A stretch of 64,000 bases of DNA from NCBI GenBank assembly GCA_016218025.1, contig JACRFD010000077.1, positions 797 to 64,796 on the forward strand, in the 5' to 3' direction. A program made the translations under genes and the position numbers. Source of the DNA: Ignavibacteriales bacterium. GTDB taxonomy: Bacteria > Bacteroidota > Ignavibacteria > UBA10030 > SZUA-254. Below, in pieces: positions 31,335 to 40,867 of the stretch; the stretch's first letter is position 1, and each line of letters starts with the position of its first letter. Below the pieces are notes generated by a model. It worked only from the letters and a program-made list of their open reading frames with translations. It did no database searches and had not been told where the DNA came from.

Positions 31335-32552
31335 ATGAATGTGAGCCAACTTGCACGTTCTATCGCTGAATCGCCTACTCTTCGGTTAACCGAAGAAGCT
31401 CGGTTATTAAAAGAAAAAGGCGAAGCAGTTATTCACCTCGGAGCGGGTGAACCGAAAAATAAAGCTCCAATCAACGCCATCCTGAGTTCAGCGGCAAAAC
31501 TTAATACCGGCGATGTAAAATACACGCCAACTGACGGCACTCCGTCGCTTAAGAAAGCAATCATCAGATACACTGAAGAGAACTACGATAAGATGGTTGC
31601 ACCGGAAAATATTATCGTGTCGGCAGGCGCGAAACAATCTGTCTTCAATTTACTCTACACTTTATTAAATCCGCAGGAAGAAGTTATTATTCTCGCACCA
31701 TACTGGGTCAGTTATCCGGAAATGGTGCGCATGTGTTACGGCGTACCGGTAATCGTTACACCCGAAGACGGTTCATTCCATCCACGAATGAAAGACATCG
31801 AACAAAAAGTCAGTTCTTACACAAAGGCGATTATCATAAACAGTCCCAACAATCCATCGGGCGTAATGTACAGCGAACAGTTTATCGCAGAGATAATTGA
31901 ATTCTGTGAGCGCAAAGGTATTTACTGCATCATGGACGATATCTATCATAAATTAATTTTTGATGGAAGAAAACCTATCTCTGCATACAAACATACAAAG
32001 AAAGATTTAGAAAATTCCAGACTGATTATCGTGAACGGAATCTCGAAACTTTATGGTATGACCGGCTTCCGAATCGGGTGGACGGTTGCACCAAAAGCGT
32101 TAACGCAGATTATGACAAATGTACAAGGACAAATTACAACAACAACATCTGTCGTACTTCAAGCGGCTGCCGAAGGCGCGCTGATGGGTATTCAAAGTAT
32201 CGTTGAAGGATTACGATTGATGATCGAGAATAACCGGAACGTTATGATGCAGGAGCTGCAATCTTTCAACGGAGTAAAAGTCAACAAACCGGATGGAACA
32301 TTTTACTGTTTACCCGACTTCAGAGCATACAATCAAAACTCACTTGAATTATCTAACTTCCTTTTGAAGAAAGCTTTGGTCGTAACGGTTCCCGGAAAAG
32401 AATTCGGCATGGAAGGTCACTTACGCTTGAGTTACTGCGGCTCGATAAAAGAAATCAAGCAAGGTATTGAACGAATAAAATGGGCGCTTGATCCCAACTC
32501 ACCAAATGAAATATTTATCGGCGAACGGAAATTAGTGAGGGATTGGTTATGA
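31335..32552 (+). CDS. PLP-dependent class I/II aminotransferase (aspartate/aromatic type)
   Basis: GAGEP, NSPNNPSG, PLP lysine in GISKLYGMTGFRIGW, and RLSY near the C-terminus. Confidence 0.85.
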   Translation: MNVSQLARSIAESPTLRLTEEARLLKEKGEAVIHLGAGEPKNKAPINAILSSAAKLNTGDVKYTPTDGTPSLKKAIIRYTEENYDKMVAPENIIVSAGAKQSVFNLLYTLLNPQEEVIILAPYWVSYPEMVRMCYGVPVIVTPEDGSFHPRMKDIEQKVSSYTKAIIINSPNNPSGVMYSEQFIAEIIEFCERKGIYCIMDDIYHKLIFDGRKPISAYKHTKKDLENSRLIIVNGISKLYGMTGFRIGWTVAPKALTQIMTNVQGQITTTTSVVLQAAAEGALMGIQSIVEGLRLMIENNRNVMMQELQSFNGVKVNKPDGTFYCLPDFRAYNQNSLELSNFLLKKALVVTVPGKEFGMEGHLRLSYCGSIKEIKQGIERIKWALDPNSPNEIFIGERKLVRDWL

Positions 32553-34189
32553 ACAATTTATTGAATATAAAAACACCGGCTCAAGATCAAGCCAAAGCCC
32601 TGAAGAGCGATTACGGATTGGCAAATCACGGCTTAACCAACCTGAATACGGTTTATTGGAATCTTCCTACTGAAGCACTCTATGAAGAGATCACTTTCCG
32701 TGGAGAAGCAAAAATTTCCAAGCTCGGACCAATCATAGCACACACAGGAAAACACACAGGTAGATCGGCTAACGATAAATTTGTTGTGAAGGAACCTTCG
32801 ACACAGGATAAAGTATGGTGGGGCGAGTACAACCGACCTTTCAATCAGGATAAGTTCAACGAGGTTCACAGTCGCTTGCAAGGTTTCTTGCAGGGCCGGG
32901 ATCTTTTTGTTCAAGACTGCTTTGCTGGAGCGGATGAAGAATATCGATTGCCTATCCGAATCATCACAGAGAAAGCATGGCACAGCGCTTTCGCGCGAAA
33001 TATGTTCATCCTGCCTAAAACTGCCGAAGAATATAAACGGCATGTTCCAGATTTCACAATCATGTCGATTCCTTCTTTTAAAGGATTACCGCAGATCGAT
33101 GGAACATCGACAGAAACATTTATACTTTTAAACTTCGAACAGAAGATAGGCATAATTGGCAACACTGCTTACGGTGGAGAAATAAAGAAATCGATCTTCA
33201 CAGTAATGAATTTCTTACTGCCGTTAGATGGAGTAATGCCGATGCATTGTTCCGCGAACATCGGGAAAGAAAAAGATACCGCTTTGTTCTTTGGATTATC
33301 AGGCACCGGAAAAACAACTCTTTCTGCCGATCCGAACCGCGGATTAATCGGCGATGACGAACATGGCTGGAGCGATGAAGGTATCTTCAACTTCGAGGGA
33401 GGCTGCTATGCGAAAGTTGTTGCCCTCTCTCCCACTGCCGAGCCGCAGATTTACGCATGCACACAGAAGTTCGGAACAATTTTAGAAAATGTTGTTTACG
33501 ATCCGGTTACCCGCAAGATTGATTTGGATGACGCAACAATTACAGAAAACACACGCGCATCGTATCCTCTTGAATTTATCGACAATGCAGTACCGGAAAA
33601 AATGGGCGGACATCCTAAGAACATCATTCTATTAACGTGCGATGGACTTGGAGTGTTGCCTCCGATAGCGAAGCTTTCACCTGAACAGGCGATGTATCAG
33701 TTTATGTCGGGCTACACAACGAAAGTTGCAGGGACAGAGATGGGACTTGGTAAAGAGCCGGAGCTGACTTTCAGCGCATGTTTCGGCGCACCGTTCATGG
33801 TACATCATCCGGCTGTTTATGCCGACTTGCTTAAGCGGAAAATGCTGAAGTACGGCGCGCACTGCTGGTTGGTAAACACCGGCTGGGTTGGCGGACCATA
33901 CGGCGTAGGCAAGCGAATAAGCATTAAGTATACGCGACAATTATTGAACGCGGCGCTTAGCGGTGAACTGCTAAAAGTTAAATTCAAAAAAGATCCTCTC
34001 TTTGGTTTCGAAGTGCCTGAAACTTGCGGAGATATACCACAAAGCGTACTCAATCCTGCATCGTCGTGGAACAGCAAAGAAGCACACATGACGAAATACA
34101 AGCAGCTTGCGAGCCGGTTCATTGAGAACTTCAAGAAATATGAATCCGGTTGTCCGGTTGAAGTTATTAAGGCTGGACCGAAGGTGTAG
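32543..34189 (+). CDS. pckA: Phosphoenolpyruvate carboxykinase (ATP)
   Basis: GRSANDKF, kinase-1a FFGLSGTGKTTLS, IGDDEHGW, FNFEGGCYAK. Confidence 0.95.
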   Translation: MVMNNLLNIKTPAQDQAKALKSDYGLANHGLTNLNTVYWNLPTEALYEEITFRGEAKISKLGPIIAHTGKHTGRSANDKFVVKEPSTQDKVWWGEYNRPFNQDKFNEVHSRLQGFLQGRDLFVQDCFAGADEEYRLPIRIITEKAWHSAFARNMFILPKTAEEYKRHVPDFTIMSIPSFKGLPQIDGTSTETFILLNFEQKIGIIGNTAYGGEIKKSIFTVMNFLLPLDGVMPMHCSANIGKEKDTALFFGLSGTGKTTLSADPNRGLIGDDEHGWSDEGIFNFEGGCYAKVVALSPTAEPQIYACTQKFGTILENVVYDPVTRKIDLDDATITENTRASYPLEFIDNAVPEKMGGHPKNIILLTCDGLGVLPPIAKLSPEQAMYQFMSGYTTKVAGTEMGLGKEPELTFSACFGAPFMVHHPAVYADLLKRKMLKYGAHCWLVNTGWVGGPYGVGKRISIKYTRQLLNAALSGELLKVKFKKDPLFGFEVPETCGDIPQSVLNPASSWNSKEAHMTKYKQLASRFIENFKKYESGCPVEVIKAGPKV

Positions 34190-34227
34190 TATTAGCCGGT
34201 GGTGAGTAGTAAGTAGTGAGTAACTAT

Positions 34228-34269
34228 AAAACTCCGATTTCGAAAGAGGTCGGAGTTTTTTATTTGTAA
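34228..34269 (+). terminator. Terminator hairpin, copy 1 of a 42-nt direct repeat
   Basis: aaaactccgatttc-GAAA-gaggtcggagtttt plus ttatttgtaa; 14-bp stem including two G-U pairs; T-run follows. Confidence 0.7.
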
Positions 34270-34431
34270 TGGAGGAAGAGACAATTTATATCCATTTTAT
34301 GAAAGAGCAAAAACATTATTCATCATAATAACCTTTAAATTCCACCAATTTTTGACAAAATTAAACTTGAATTTGACATTTTGAAATAACTACGTTATAT
34401 TAATTCGTAATAACATGATGATTTAATATAC

Positions 34432-35310
34432 ATGCCTAACGCATTTCAATCAATTCAAAAAGAGGTTTCTCAGCATCATTCGTTGCGACAACCATTTATA
34501 AGAAATATCCAAAAATTGCGAGAGAAACGTTTGGTTATTTCTTTTTTTATCTCTTTTTATTCAAAATCACCGCTAAGCCAAGAAGACGCTGATATGATTG
34601 AGGAGGTGTTATGTAATTCAGATACATCGAAAGGCATAACGCTTATACTTGATGCCCCTGGAGGTGACGGATTAGCCGCTGAACGAATTATTCAACTCTG
34701 CCGTAAATATAGCAATAAGGATTTCGAAACAATAGTCCCCGCTAGAGCAAAATCAGCAGCCACGATGGTTTGCCTCGGTTCAGACCGAATATTGATGGGG
34801 GCAACGTCCGAATTGGGACCTATTGATCCTCAGATTCCAATGAAAATCGGTGAATCATGGCAATGGGTGGCTGCTCATAGAGTTATAAAAACTTTTGATG
34901 ATCTAATGTCAAAAGCCATTGATCTGAAAGAAGGACATATCGAGCCTCTTTTGCAACAATTAGCTCAATTTAATGCTACACAAATTGAGATGTTACGATC
35001 AGCGACAAAACTGTCTGAAAGTATAGCTATATCATCTTTGAAAAGGGGCATGTTGAAAAATAAAAATGAAAAAGATATTAAGACTAAAATCAAGTGTTTC
35101 ACTGATCCAGAGATAACATTTTCTCATGGACGTGCCTTAAATATAGAACATCTCACAGATTGCGAATTAATTATTGAAGAGATCGAATTAAAATCTGATC
35201 TTTGGAGAAATGTGCGTGATCTTTATTCTCGAAGCAAATTCGTAGTAGATCGTGGAGAACCAGGTCGTAAATTATTAGAGACAACTAATTCCTCATATCA
35301 GGCAACATAG
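34432..35310 (+). CDS. SDH-family (DUF114/SDH_sah-like) Clp-fold serine protease
   Basis: ITLILDAPGGDGLAAERII, VPARAKSAATMVCLGSDRILMG (candidate nucleophile Ser), and ELGPIDPQ. This pattern fits the ClpP/SppA-like fold family that RefSeq labels SDH family Clp fold serine proteinase (from memory, not searched). Confidence 0.7.
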   Translation: MPNAFQSIQKEVSQHHSLRQPFIRNIQKLREKRLVISFFISFYSKSPLSQEDADMIEEVLCNSDTSKGITLILDAPGGDGLAAERIIQLCRKYSNKDFETIVPARAKSAATMVCLGSDRILMGATSELGPIDPQIPMKIGESWQWVAAHRVIKTFDDLMSKAIDLKEGHIEPLLQQLAQFNATQIEMLRSATKLSESIAISSLKRGMLKNKNEKDIKTKIKCFTDPEITFSHGRALNIEHLTDCELIIEEIELKSDLWRNVRDLYSRSKFVVDRGEPGRKLLETTNSSYQAT

Positions 35311-35321
35311 AGGTTATTACT

Positions 35322-35537
35322 ATGAAAAAAAAATCTACCAAAAAAATAAAATCAGATAAACTAAAAAAACTTTTCAATAAACATTTAGAAGCTCTCGATA
35401 AAATTGAACGCGCCGCACGCTTTCCAATTGAGAATCCTTCCATTATAATATTGGAAAATTCTGATTGGCAAATACAAAAACATGAATCAAAAAATTATCC
35501 TGGCGCAGCTTCATTTTTCCTTTCTGCTCATATTTGA
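35322..35537 (+). CDS. Small hypothetical protein (71 aa, Lys-rich N-terminus), probably co-translated with the protease
   Basis: AGAGG lies 9-10 nt upstream of the ATG, and the gap from the upstream ORF is 11 nt. I recognised no family. Confidence 0.45.
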   Translation: MKKKSTKKIKSDKLKKLFNKHLEALDKIERAARFPIENPSIIILENSDWQIQKHESKNYPGAASFFLSAHI

Positions 35538-35592
35538 ATTCTTTTTTTGACTGTTTTTATTTCGCATTCTTGAAAGACAATATCATAAAATA

Positions 35593-35634
35593 AAAACTCC
35601 GATTTCGGAAGAGGTCGGAGTTTTTTATTTGTAA
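35593..35634 (+). terminator. Terminator hairpin, copy 2 of the 42-nt direct repeat; also serves convergent coaD
   Basis: Identical to 34228-34269 except for one loop base (GGAA instead of GAAA). Confidence 0.7.
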
Positions 35635-35716
35635 ACTAAAAGATAATACATTGACGTATAGTGGCACTAAACGTCAATAGACTTGCGTTTAGTTCGGGGG
35701 CTAAAATAATAAAACT

Positions 35717-36193
35717 TTACTTAAATTTCTTTCTCAACGTCTGCTTAACACTTACCGGCACAAACCCCGATACATCTCCCCCCATTCTTGCAATCTCACG
35801 CACGATACTCGAATTTAGATATGTATATTTCTCGTGCGGCATAAGAAAAACCGTCGTTATTTCTTTGGCAAGTTTGCGGTTCGTTAATGCCATTTGAAAC
35901 TCATATTCAAAATCAGAAACTGCCCTTAAACCGCGGACAATTGCCGTGGCTTTTTTCTTCTTCGCATAATTAACAAGCAGTCCTTCAGAACTGTCGACTT
36001 CAACATTCTTAAATTTCTTCACAACATCTTTTATCATCTTTACACGCTCTTCGGTGCTGAACAGCGGAGCCTTTGAACTATTACGCGCGACCATAACTAT
36101 CACTTTATCGAATATCTCCCTCGCCCTCTCTATAACATCAACATGACCGTAAGTTATCGGATCGAATGTTCCTGGGTAAATAGCTATTTTCAT
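35717..36193 (-). CDS. coaD: Pantetheine-phosphate adenylyltransferase
   Basis: [24 protein letters not shown]..., [12 protein letters not shown]. Confidence 0.95.
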   Translation of the reverse strand: MKIAIYPGTFDPITYGHVDVIERAREIFDKVIVMVARNSSKAPLFSTEERVKMIKDVVKKFKNVEVDSSEGLLVNYAKKKKATAIVRGLRAVSDFEYEFQMALTNRKLAKEITTVFLMPHEKYTYLNSSIVREIARMGGDVSGFVPVSVKQTLRKKFK

Positions 36194-36756
36194 TTTTCAT
36201 CTCCTTTTTCTTTTGGATAGACGAAGAAACTAACACGCGTGTTGCCGAATTCTTTCTGCACTTCCATGCTATACATGAGAGAATTTGGAAAGGATGTATG
36301 CTTCGAATGTTCTATTATCAAATATCCATTTTTATTAAGCAGGTTATTCCGGAATATTATTTCAGGAATATCGGGTATACGGGTGTATGAATACGGCGGA
36401 TCGGCAAAAATCAAATCATATTTATTTTTTGATTTTTCGATGTAAGTCAATGCATCACCTTGAAAAATCTGCGTCTGCGAAATACAACCAAGCATATCAG
36501 CATTCTCTTCTATTATATCCAAAACTCCTTCATTGTCATCCACAAACGTCACCGAACTTGCACCGCGACTTATCGTTTCAAAGCCCAGACTTCCGCTCCC
36601 TGCAAACAAATCAAGAACCTGTATATCTTTCAAAGATAATCGGTTCAGAAACATATTGAATATTGTAGTCTTCACCCTGTCGGTAGCCGGACGTACACTT
36701 TTATCCTGAACCGTGGTAAGATTTCGACCTTTGAATTTTCCGGTTATTATTCTCAT
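36190..36756 (-). CDS. rsmD: 16S rRNA (guanine966-N2)-methyltransferase RsmD
   Basis: [13 protein letters not shown]...[26 protein letters not shown], and the DPPY motif (FADPPY). The ATG at 36756 is preferred; the track ORF extends upstream into the neighbouring gene. Confidence 0.85.
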   Translation of the reverse strand: MRIITGKFKGRNLTTVQDKSVRPATDRVKTTIFNMFLNRLSLKDIQVLDLFAGSGSLGFETISRGASSVTFVDDNEGVLDIIEENADMLGCISQTQIFQGDALTYIEKSKNKYDLIFADPPYSYTRIPDIPEIIFRNNLLNKNGYLIIEHSKHTSFPNSLMYSMEVQKEFGNTRVSFFVYPKEKGDEK

Positions 36757-36757
36757 T

Positions 36758-37627
36758 TCATCTCTTTCGCAATGCAACACCGGTGGCAGCGGCAAATAAA
36801 TGTTCTTTTCCTGCAAACAATTTAAAGTCACTGTAAGAAGAGGTAGTTATATTTCTCCTGAACGGATTCAGCATATTCACATGAATCCCCAGCCGGTTTC
36901 TGAGAGTTACACCGAGTTCCTGTGACGCGGTTCCGCCGCAAAGATATAATTCCGTTACAATCTCTTCTTGTTTAATGGATTGGAATAAATTAACGATGCT
37001 GTCTGAAGTTGATTGAAGGTTGTGACCGAATTTTACAACTCTTCCATTGACAAAAATGCCAATACTGATTTCATTAAAATCGGAAAGAATCAGTGCAACA
37101 GTTTTATTTCTGATTTCGGGAAAGACAGAAAGCAGCGTTTGCTCTGCGCCGAAAAATGAGGTGTCGGCGATATGAAGCTCTATTTTTTTAGATTCCAAAG
37201 CCGATTGTATTCCGAACAATTTTTCACGTTTTATTGCCACAACAAGAACATCTGCCACCTGATCACGGGCTGATATTCTAAGAGAGTGCAAATCGTAAAT
37301 ATATTCTTTCGGCTGATAATTTTTAATGAAGTTCGACAGTTCCCAGTGCACATGTCCATTTTGTTCAGATTGGTTCAAGGTAGTATCTAAAGGAAAAGTA
37401 TGCAGTACAACAGAATTGATATCGAGCGCAACCGAAACCTTGTCGGCTTTCTTTAGAATCCGCAGTTCGGGAGAAATAATTTTCTCAAGGAACCAGTGAT
37501 CTGATTGTTTTGCTGATAAATGTTCGGCAAGGTGAAGTAATTTTACATCTCCATTTTTTACTTCATAAACTGCGATATGCGATCTGTTTCCGGAATAACT
37601 TACACCGGCTACAATTTCTTTACCCAT
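36758..37627 (-). CDS. Hypothetical protein, possibly PilM/FtsA-like actin-fold ATPase
   Basis: The N-terminal G.S....SHIAV.E region and the C-terminal LYLCGGTAS...LG..V..LNPF are weakly reminiscent of PilM. Confidence 0.4.
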   Translation of the reverse strand: MGKEIVAGVSYSGNRSHIAVYEVKNGDVKLLHLAEHLSAKQSDHWFLEKIISPELRILKKADKVSVALDINSVVLHTFPLDTTLNQSEQNGHVHWELSNFIKNYQPKEYIYDLHSLRISARDQVADVLVVAIKREKLFGIQSALESKKIELHIADTSFFGAEQTLLSVFPEIRNKTVALILSDFNEISIGIFVNGRVVKFGHNLQSTSDSIVNLFQSIKQEEIVTELYLCGGTASQELGVTLRNRLGIHVNMLNPFRRNITTSSYSDFKLFAGKEHLFAAATGVALRKR

Positions 37628-37630
37628 TTT

Positions 37631-38107
37631 TCACTTTCCTGCCGTTACAAGCGGCGAAATTTTTTCGAACTTCTTTTTACCGATCCCACCGACTTTCATT
37701 AGTCCGGAAATATTTTTAAAGTTTCCGTTTTTCTCGCGATAGGAAATAATATTTTGTGCAATTGTCTCACCTATCCCCGGTAATTTCATTAATTCATTCT
37801 TCGATGCGGAATTAATGTCTATCGATTTAATTTCAAGATTTTTTAATGATGAATTGATGTTTACGAGTGAGTCGGATGCTAGATTTCCATCAGCAGCATT
37901 TTTGCTCAACAAGCTTTCGGGAACAGCCGAACGAGCGATAAATTCAGAATCGATTGCCGAATAATTATATTGAGTTTGATTACCGATGGATGATTTGTAC
38001 AGCTTGATTCCGATGCCGGAGAAAAACGCAATCACCAGAAACAAAATAATCCTGCTCTCGGATTTCGTAAACCCAAATGTTTGATTAAATTTAGAGAGGA
38101 TATTCAT
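37631..38107 (-). CDS. comEA: ComEA-family helix-hairpin-helix DNA-binding protein
   Basis: N-terminal TM helix and C-terminal tandem HhH: DINSASKNELMKLPGIGETIAQNIISYREKNGNFKNISGLMKVGGIGKKKFEKI. Confidence 0.8.
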   Translation of the reverse strand: MNILSKFNQTFGFTKSESRIILFLVIAFFSGIGIKLYKSSIGNQTQYNYSAIDSEFIARSAVPESLLSKNAADGNLASDSLVNINSSLKNLEIKSIDINSASKNELMKLPGIGETIAQNIISYREKNGNFKNISGLMKVGGIGKKKFEKISPLVTAGK

Positions 38108-38110
38108 TTG

Positions 38111-39286
38111 TCACGATAAAATATCTTTCATTTTTTCAAAAAAGGATCTATCAGAATTCGCCGATTTATCTCCTTCGTGCGGTTGAATACTATCGCTTTT
38201 TGAAAGTTGCTTCATTAAATCTTTATCTTCTTTTGATAAATGAGTAGGCACATAAACATTAACTCTGACTAATTGATCTCCTCTATAATCACCGCGGAGA
38301 TTTGGAATTCCTTTTCCTCTTAACCTGAGTACTTTACCCGATTGAGTTCCGGGCTCAATTTTTAATTTTGTTTTTCCATTGATTGTCGGAATTTCAATTT
38401 CAGTTCCTAATGCGGACTGTGGAAAACTGACAAGCATATCTAATAAAATATCGTCACCGTTTCTTGTGAATATTTTATGTGGTTCTTCCTCAATCACAAC
38501 TATCAAATCGCCTGCTTCTCCACCCCGCTGCCCTGCATTCCCCTGTTCTTGTAACGGGATATAATTTCCTTCTGCAACACCTGCCGGGACATTCACTTTA
38601 ATTGTTGTTTCGCCCTGGACACGTCCTTCGCCGTGACAATTAGTACATCGATCTTTTATGATGCGTCCTTCACCTCCGCAATTACTGCAAGTTGTTACGC
38701 TTACAAATTGTCCAAAAACCGAACGAGAGACTTGTCGGACTTCTCCATGTCCATTGCAAACGGGACAGGCAGTTTTTGTTGATCCTGCTTTTGCACCCGT
38801 ACCGTTGCAAATATCGCATCCTTTCCATCTCTTTACTTTTAATTTTTTCTCTACACCTGATGCAATCTCTTCCAAAGTTAGTCTAAGACGTATTTTTAAA
38901 TCCGAACCGGGAACACCTACCTGCATTCTGCTACGCTGACTTGATCTACCGCCGGTAAACACTTCTTCAAAAATGGAACCACCAATTCCACCGCCAAAAA
39001 TATCGTTGAAGTGCTGGAAGACATCGTTAAAATTTGTGTATGTATGGAAATCGGATCCTGCACGCATTCCTTCGTGACCAAATTGGTCGTAACGCCTCCG
39101 TTTGTTATCATCACTTAAAACTTCATAAGCTTCAGCGGCTTCTTTAAAATTTTCTTCAGCTTCTTTATTCCCAGGATTGCGGTCAGGGTGCCACTTCATC
39201 GCAGCTTTGCGGTAAGATTTTTTTATTTCATCCTGTGTTGCATTTCTTTGAAGTTCAAGTATTTCGTAATAATCGCGTTTCGGCAT
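38111..39286 (-). CDS. dnaJ: Molecular chaperone DnaJ
   Basis: J-domain with HPDRNP, a G/F region, and four CxxCxGxG zinc motifs. Confidence 0.95.
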   Translation of the reverse strand: MPKRDYYEILELQRNATQDEIKKSYRKAAMKWHPDRNPGNKEAEENFKEAAEAYEVLSDDNKRRRYDQFGHEGMRAGSDFHTYTNFNDVFQHFNDIFGGGIGGSIFEEVFTGGRSSQRSRMQVGVPGSDLKIRLRLTLEEIASGVEKKLKVKRWKGCDICNGTGAKAGSTKTACPVCNGHGEVRQVSRSVFGQFVSVTTCSNCGGEGRIIKDRCTNCHGEGRVQGETTIKVNVPAGVAEGNYIPLQEQGNAGQRGGEAGDLIVVIEEEPHKIFTRNGDDILLDMLVSFPQSALGTEIEIPTINGKTKLKIEPGTQSGKVLRLRGKGIPNLRGDYRGDQLVRVNVYVPTHLSKEDKDLMKQLSKSDSIQPHEGDKSANSDRSFFEKMKDILS

Positions 39287-39295
39287 TTTTATTCT

Positions 39296-39913
39296 CTAAT
39301 CAGTTTCAGATAAATTATTCTTTAAAGGCTCTTCGTCATTCTGCTGCTTCGTTGAAACAACAACTTTTGCATGTCGAATCACCCGCTCGTGAAGCATGTA
39401 TCCTTTTTCAACTTCTTGCATTACTGTATGATCGGGATATTCCTCTGATGGCATTTGCAACAATGCATCATGAAATTCCGGATTAAAAGGCTGACCAACC
39501 GCATTAAGCGGTTTAACACCCTGAAGCTCTAAAGTTCTTTTCAATTTATTATAAATTAGTTCGATGCCTTTAACAAAACTTTCATTTTCAACGTTAGCCT
39601 CTTTAAGAGCAAGAAAGAATCTCTCAAAATCATCAAGCACTGGCAGCATTTTTTCGATTAGATCTTCATTCGCATAACGGATGATATTTGCAGTTTCATT
39701 TTCTATACGTTTTTTGTAATTCTCGAACTCCGCAGCTTTCCTTAACGCTTGGTCTTTATATTGAAGAACATTATTTTCCAGCTCCACAATTTTGGAACTG
39801 AGCATATCGGTTTGTGTTAGTTCAGGCAGCTGATTCTGGATATTTTGTTCTGAGGATTTTTCTTTCTTTTGATTATCTAAATTTTCCTCATCCATATTAT
39901 TGTCGATTTCCAT
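39296..39913 (-). CDS. grpE: Nucleotide exchange factor GrpE
   Basis: Coiled-coil N-terminus, AEFENYKKR, FNPEFHDAL, and its position upstream of dnaJ. Confidence 0.9.
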   Translation of the reverse strand: MEIDNNMDEENLDNQKKEKSSEQNIQNQLPELTQTDMLSSKIVELENNVLQYKDQALRKAAEFENYKKRIENETANIIRYANEDLIEKMLPVLDDFERFFLALKEANVENESFVKGIELIYNKLKRTLELQGVKPLNAVGQPFNPEFHDALLQMPSEEYPDHTVMQEVEKGYMLHERVIRHAKVVVSTKQQNDEEPLKNNLSETD

Positions 39914-40204
39914 AAGAATTTTGATAAGAAATGTAAAAACTTATCCAATAATAACCATTTTTGAAAACTTTTGCAAAAACTGATAAATAAGTATTATTTA
40001 ATAATCATATCTAATATTTTTTGAGATGAGTATGTAGAAACAAAGGAATAATTTGATGTAGAATATTAGCCAGTTGGTTCAATATATCAAGTCAATCGAA
40101 GCATAGAAAACAGGAAACTATAAAATCAATAAATATTTGCCAATTACTAAGTGAACAATATTGGTATGGAACTTGTAATATTATAATTACTCCTTAAAAT
40201 ATTT

Positions 40205-40250
40205 GTGGATTAGTGATTGAACCCCGGACGAACAGCCGGGGTTTTATTTT
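40205..40250 (+). terminator. Orphan terminator-like unit 1 (GTGGATTAG + hairpin + T-run)
   Basis: gtggattag at 40205-40213; aaccccgg (40220-27) pairs with ccggggtt (40236-43); followed by ttatttt. Confidence 0.45.
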
Positions 40251-40335
40251 ATACACAGGTAAACGTGTGAAAATAATCACACTGCGGTTGCACACGCTCT
40301 TTACAAATATTAAATTAAAACAGATTAGTTAATTG

Positions 40336-40380
40336 GTGGATTAGAGAAAACCTCAACAAAAAAAGTTGGGGTTTTTTATT
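40336..40380 (+). terminator. Orphan terminator-like unit 2 (GTGGATTAG + hairpin + T-run)
   Basis: gtggattag at 40336-40344; aaaacctcaac (40347-57) pairs with gttggggtttt (40365-75) with one G-U pair; a T-run follows. Confidence 0.45.
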
Positions 40381-40493
40381 TTAAGTAAAACAATAACATC
40401 TACTCCGGATTTTCAATTTTTTGATTCCTTACCACATTATTTGTATATTTGATACGGTCTTTTATAAAGCTGTGTAAAATGTAGATTTTTCTT

Positions 40494-40569
40494 GGGGCTG
40501 TAGCTCAGTTGGGAGAGCGCCTCGTTCGCAACGAGGAGGTCGTCGGTTCGATCCCGATCAGCTCCACCA
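40494..40569 (+). tRNA. tRNA-Ala (anticodon CGC), CCA encoded
   Basis: 76 nt. Acceptor GGGGCTG/CAGCTCC with the G3:U70 alanine identity pair. D arm GCTCAGTTGGGAGAGC, anticodon arm CCTCG-TTCGCAA-CGAGG, T arm GTCGG-TTCGATC-CCGAT, then ACCA. Confidence 0.9.
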
Positions 40570-40588
40570 ATATTTTTTAGATTAAACC

Positions 40589-40867
40589 ATGTATTTTGTA
40601 TACATCTTACAAAGTGAGAAAGATGGTTCACTGTATACTGGTCAGACAATCAATCTTATTGATAGAATTAAAAGGCACAATCAAGGTTTGATAAAAACGA
40701 CTAAAACAAAAAGACCATTCCGTCTCGGATATTATGAGATATATGGTTCGAGATCAGAAGCAATGTATCGTGAATGGCAATTTAAGAAGCAATGGAATAC
40801 TGAACGGAAAAAAAGATTGATCGCCGATTTCGACCAAGCAAAGATTAAAGAAGTATTAGGGCTGTAG
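40589..40867 (+). CDS. Small GIY-YIG nuclease family protein (UPF0213/YhbQ-like, 92 aa)
   Basis: YFVYILQSEKDGSLYTGQTINLIDRIKRHNQG...PFRLGYYE...A..RE..KK matches the GIY-YIG core (Y-Y, R, E). It starts 20 nt after tRNA-Ala, and its last three codons and stop lie inside the second tRNA-Ala copy. Confidence 0.8.
   Translation: MYFVYILQSEKDGSLYTGQTINLIDRIKRHNQGLIKTTKTKRPFRLGYYEIYGSRSEAMYREWQFKKQWNTERKKRLIADFDQAKIKEVLGL

Noticed and set aside
34228-35634. Reading the bracketing hairpins as integron attC sites
   Set aside because: There is no GTTRRRY/RYYYAAC core around the hairpins and no intI-like gene in the window. The hairpins look like ordinary intrinsic terminators.
35661-35897. 78-aa + strand ORF after the cassette
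   Set aside because: It is antisense to the 3' part of coaD and begins inside the terminator region.
39914-40100. CIRCE (TTAGCACTC-N9-GAGTGCTAA) heat-shock operator upstream of grpE-dnaJ, and absence of dnaK/hrcA at this locus
   Set aside because: No CIRCE-like inverted repeat is visible. A grpE-dnaJ pair without dnaK is a common arrangement and is not in itself unusual.
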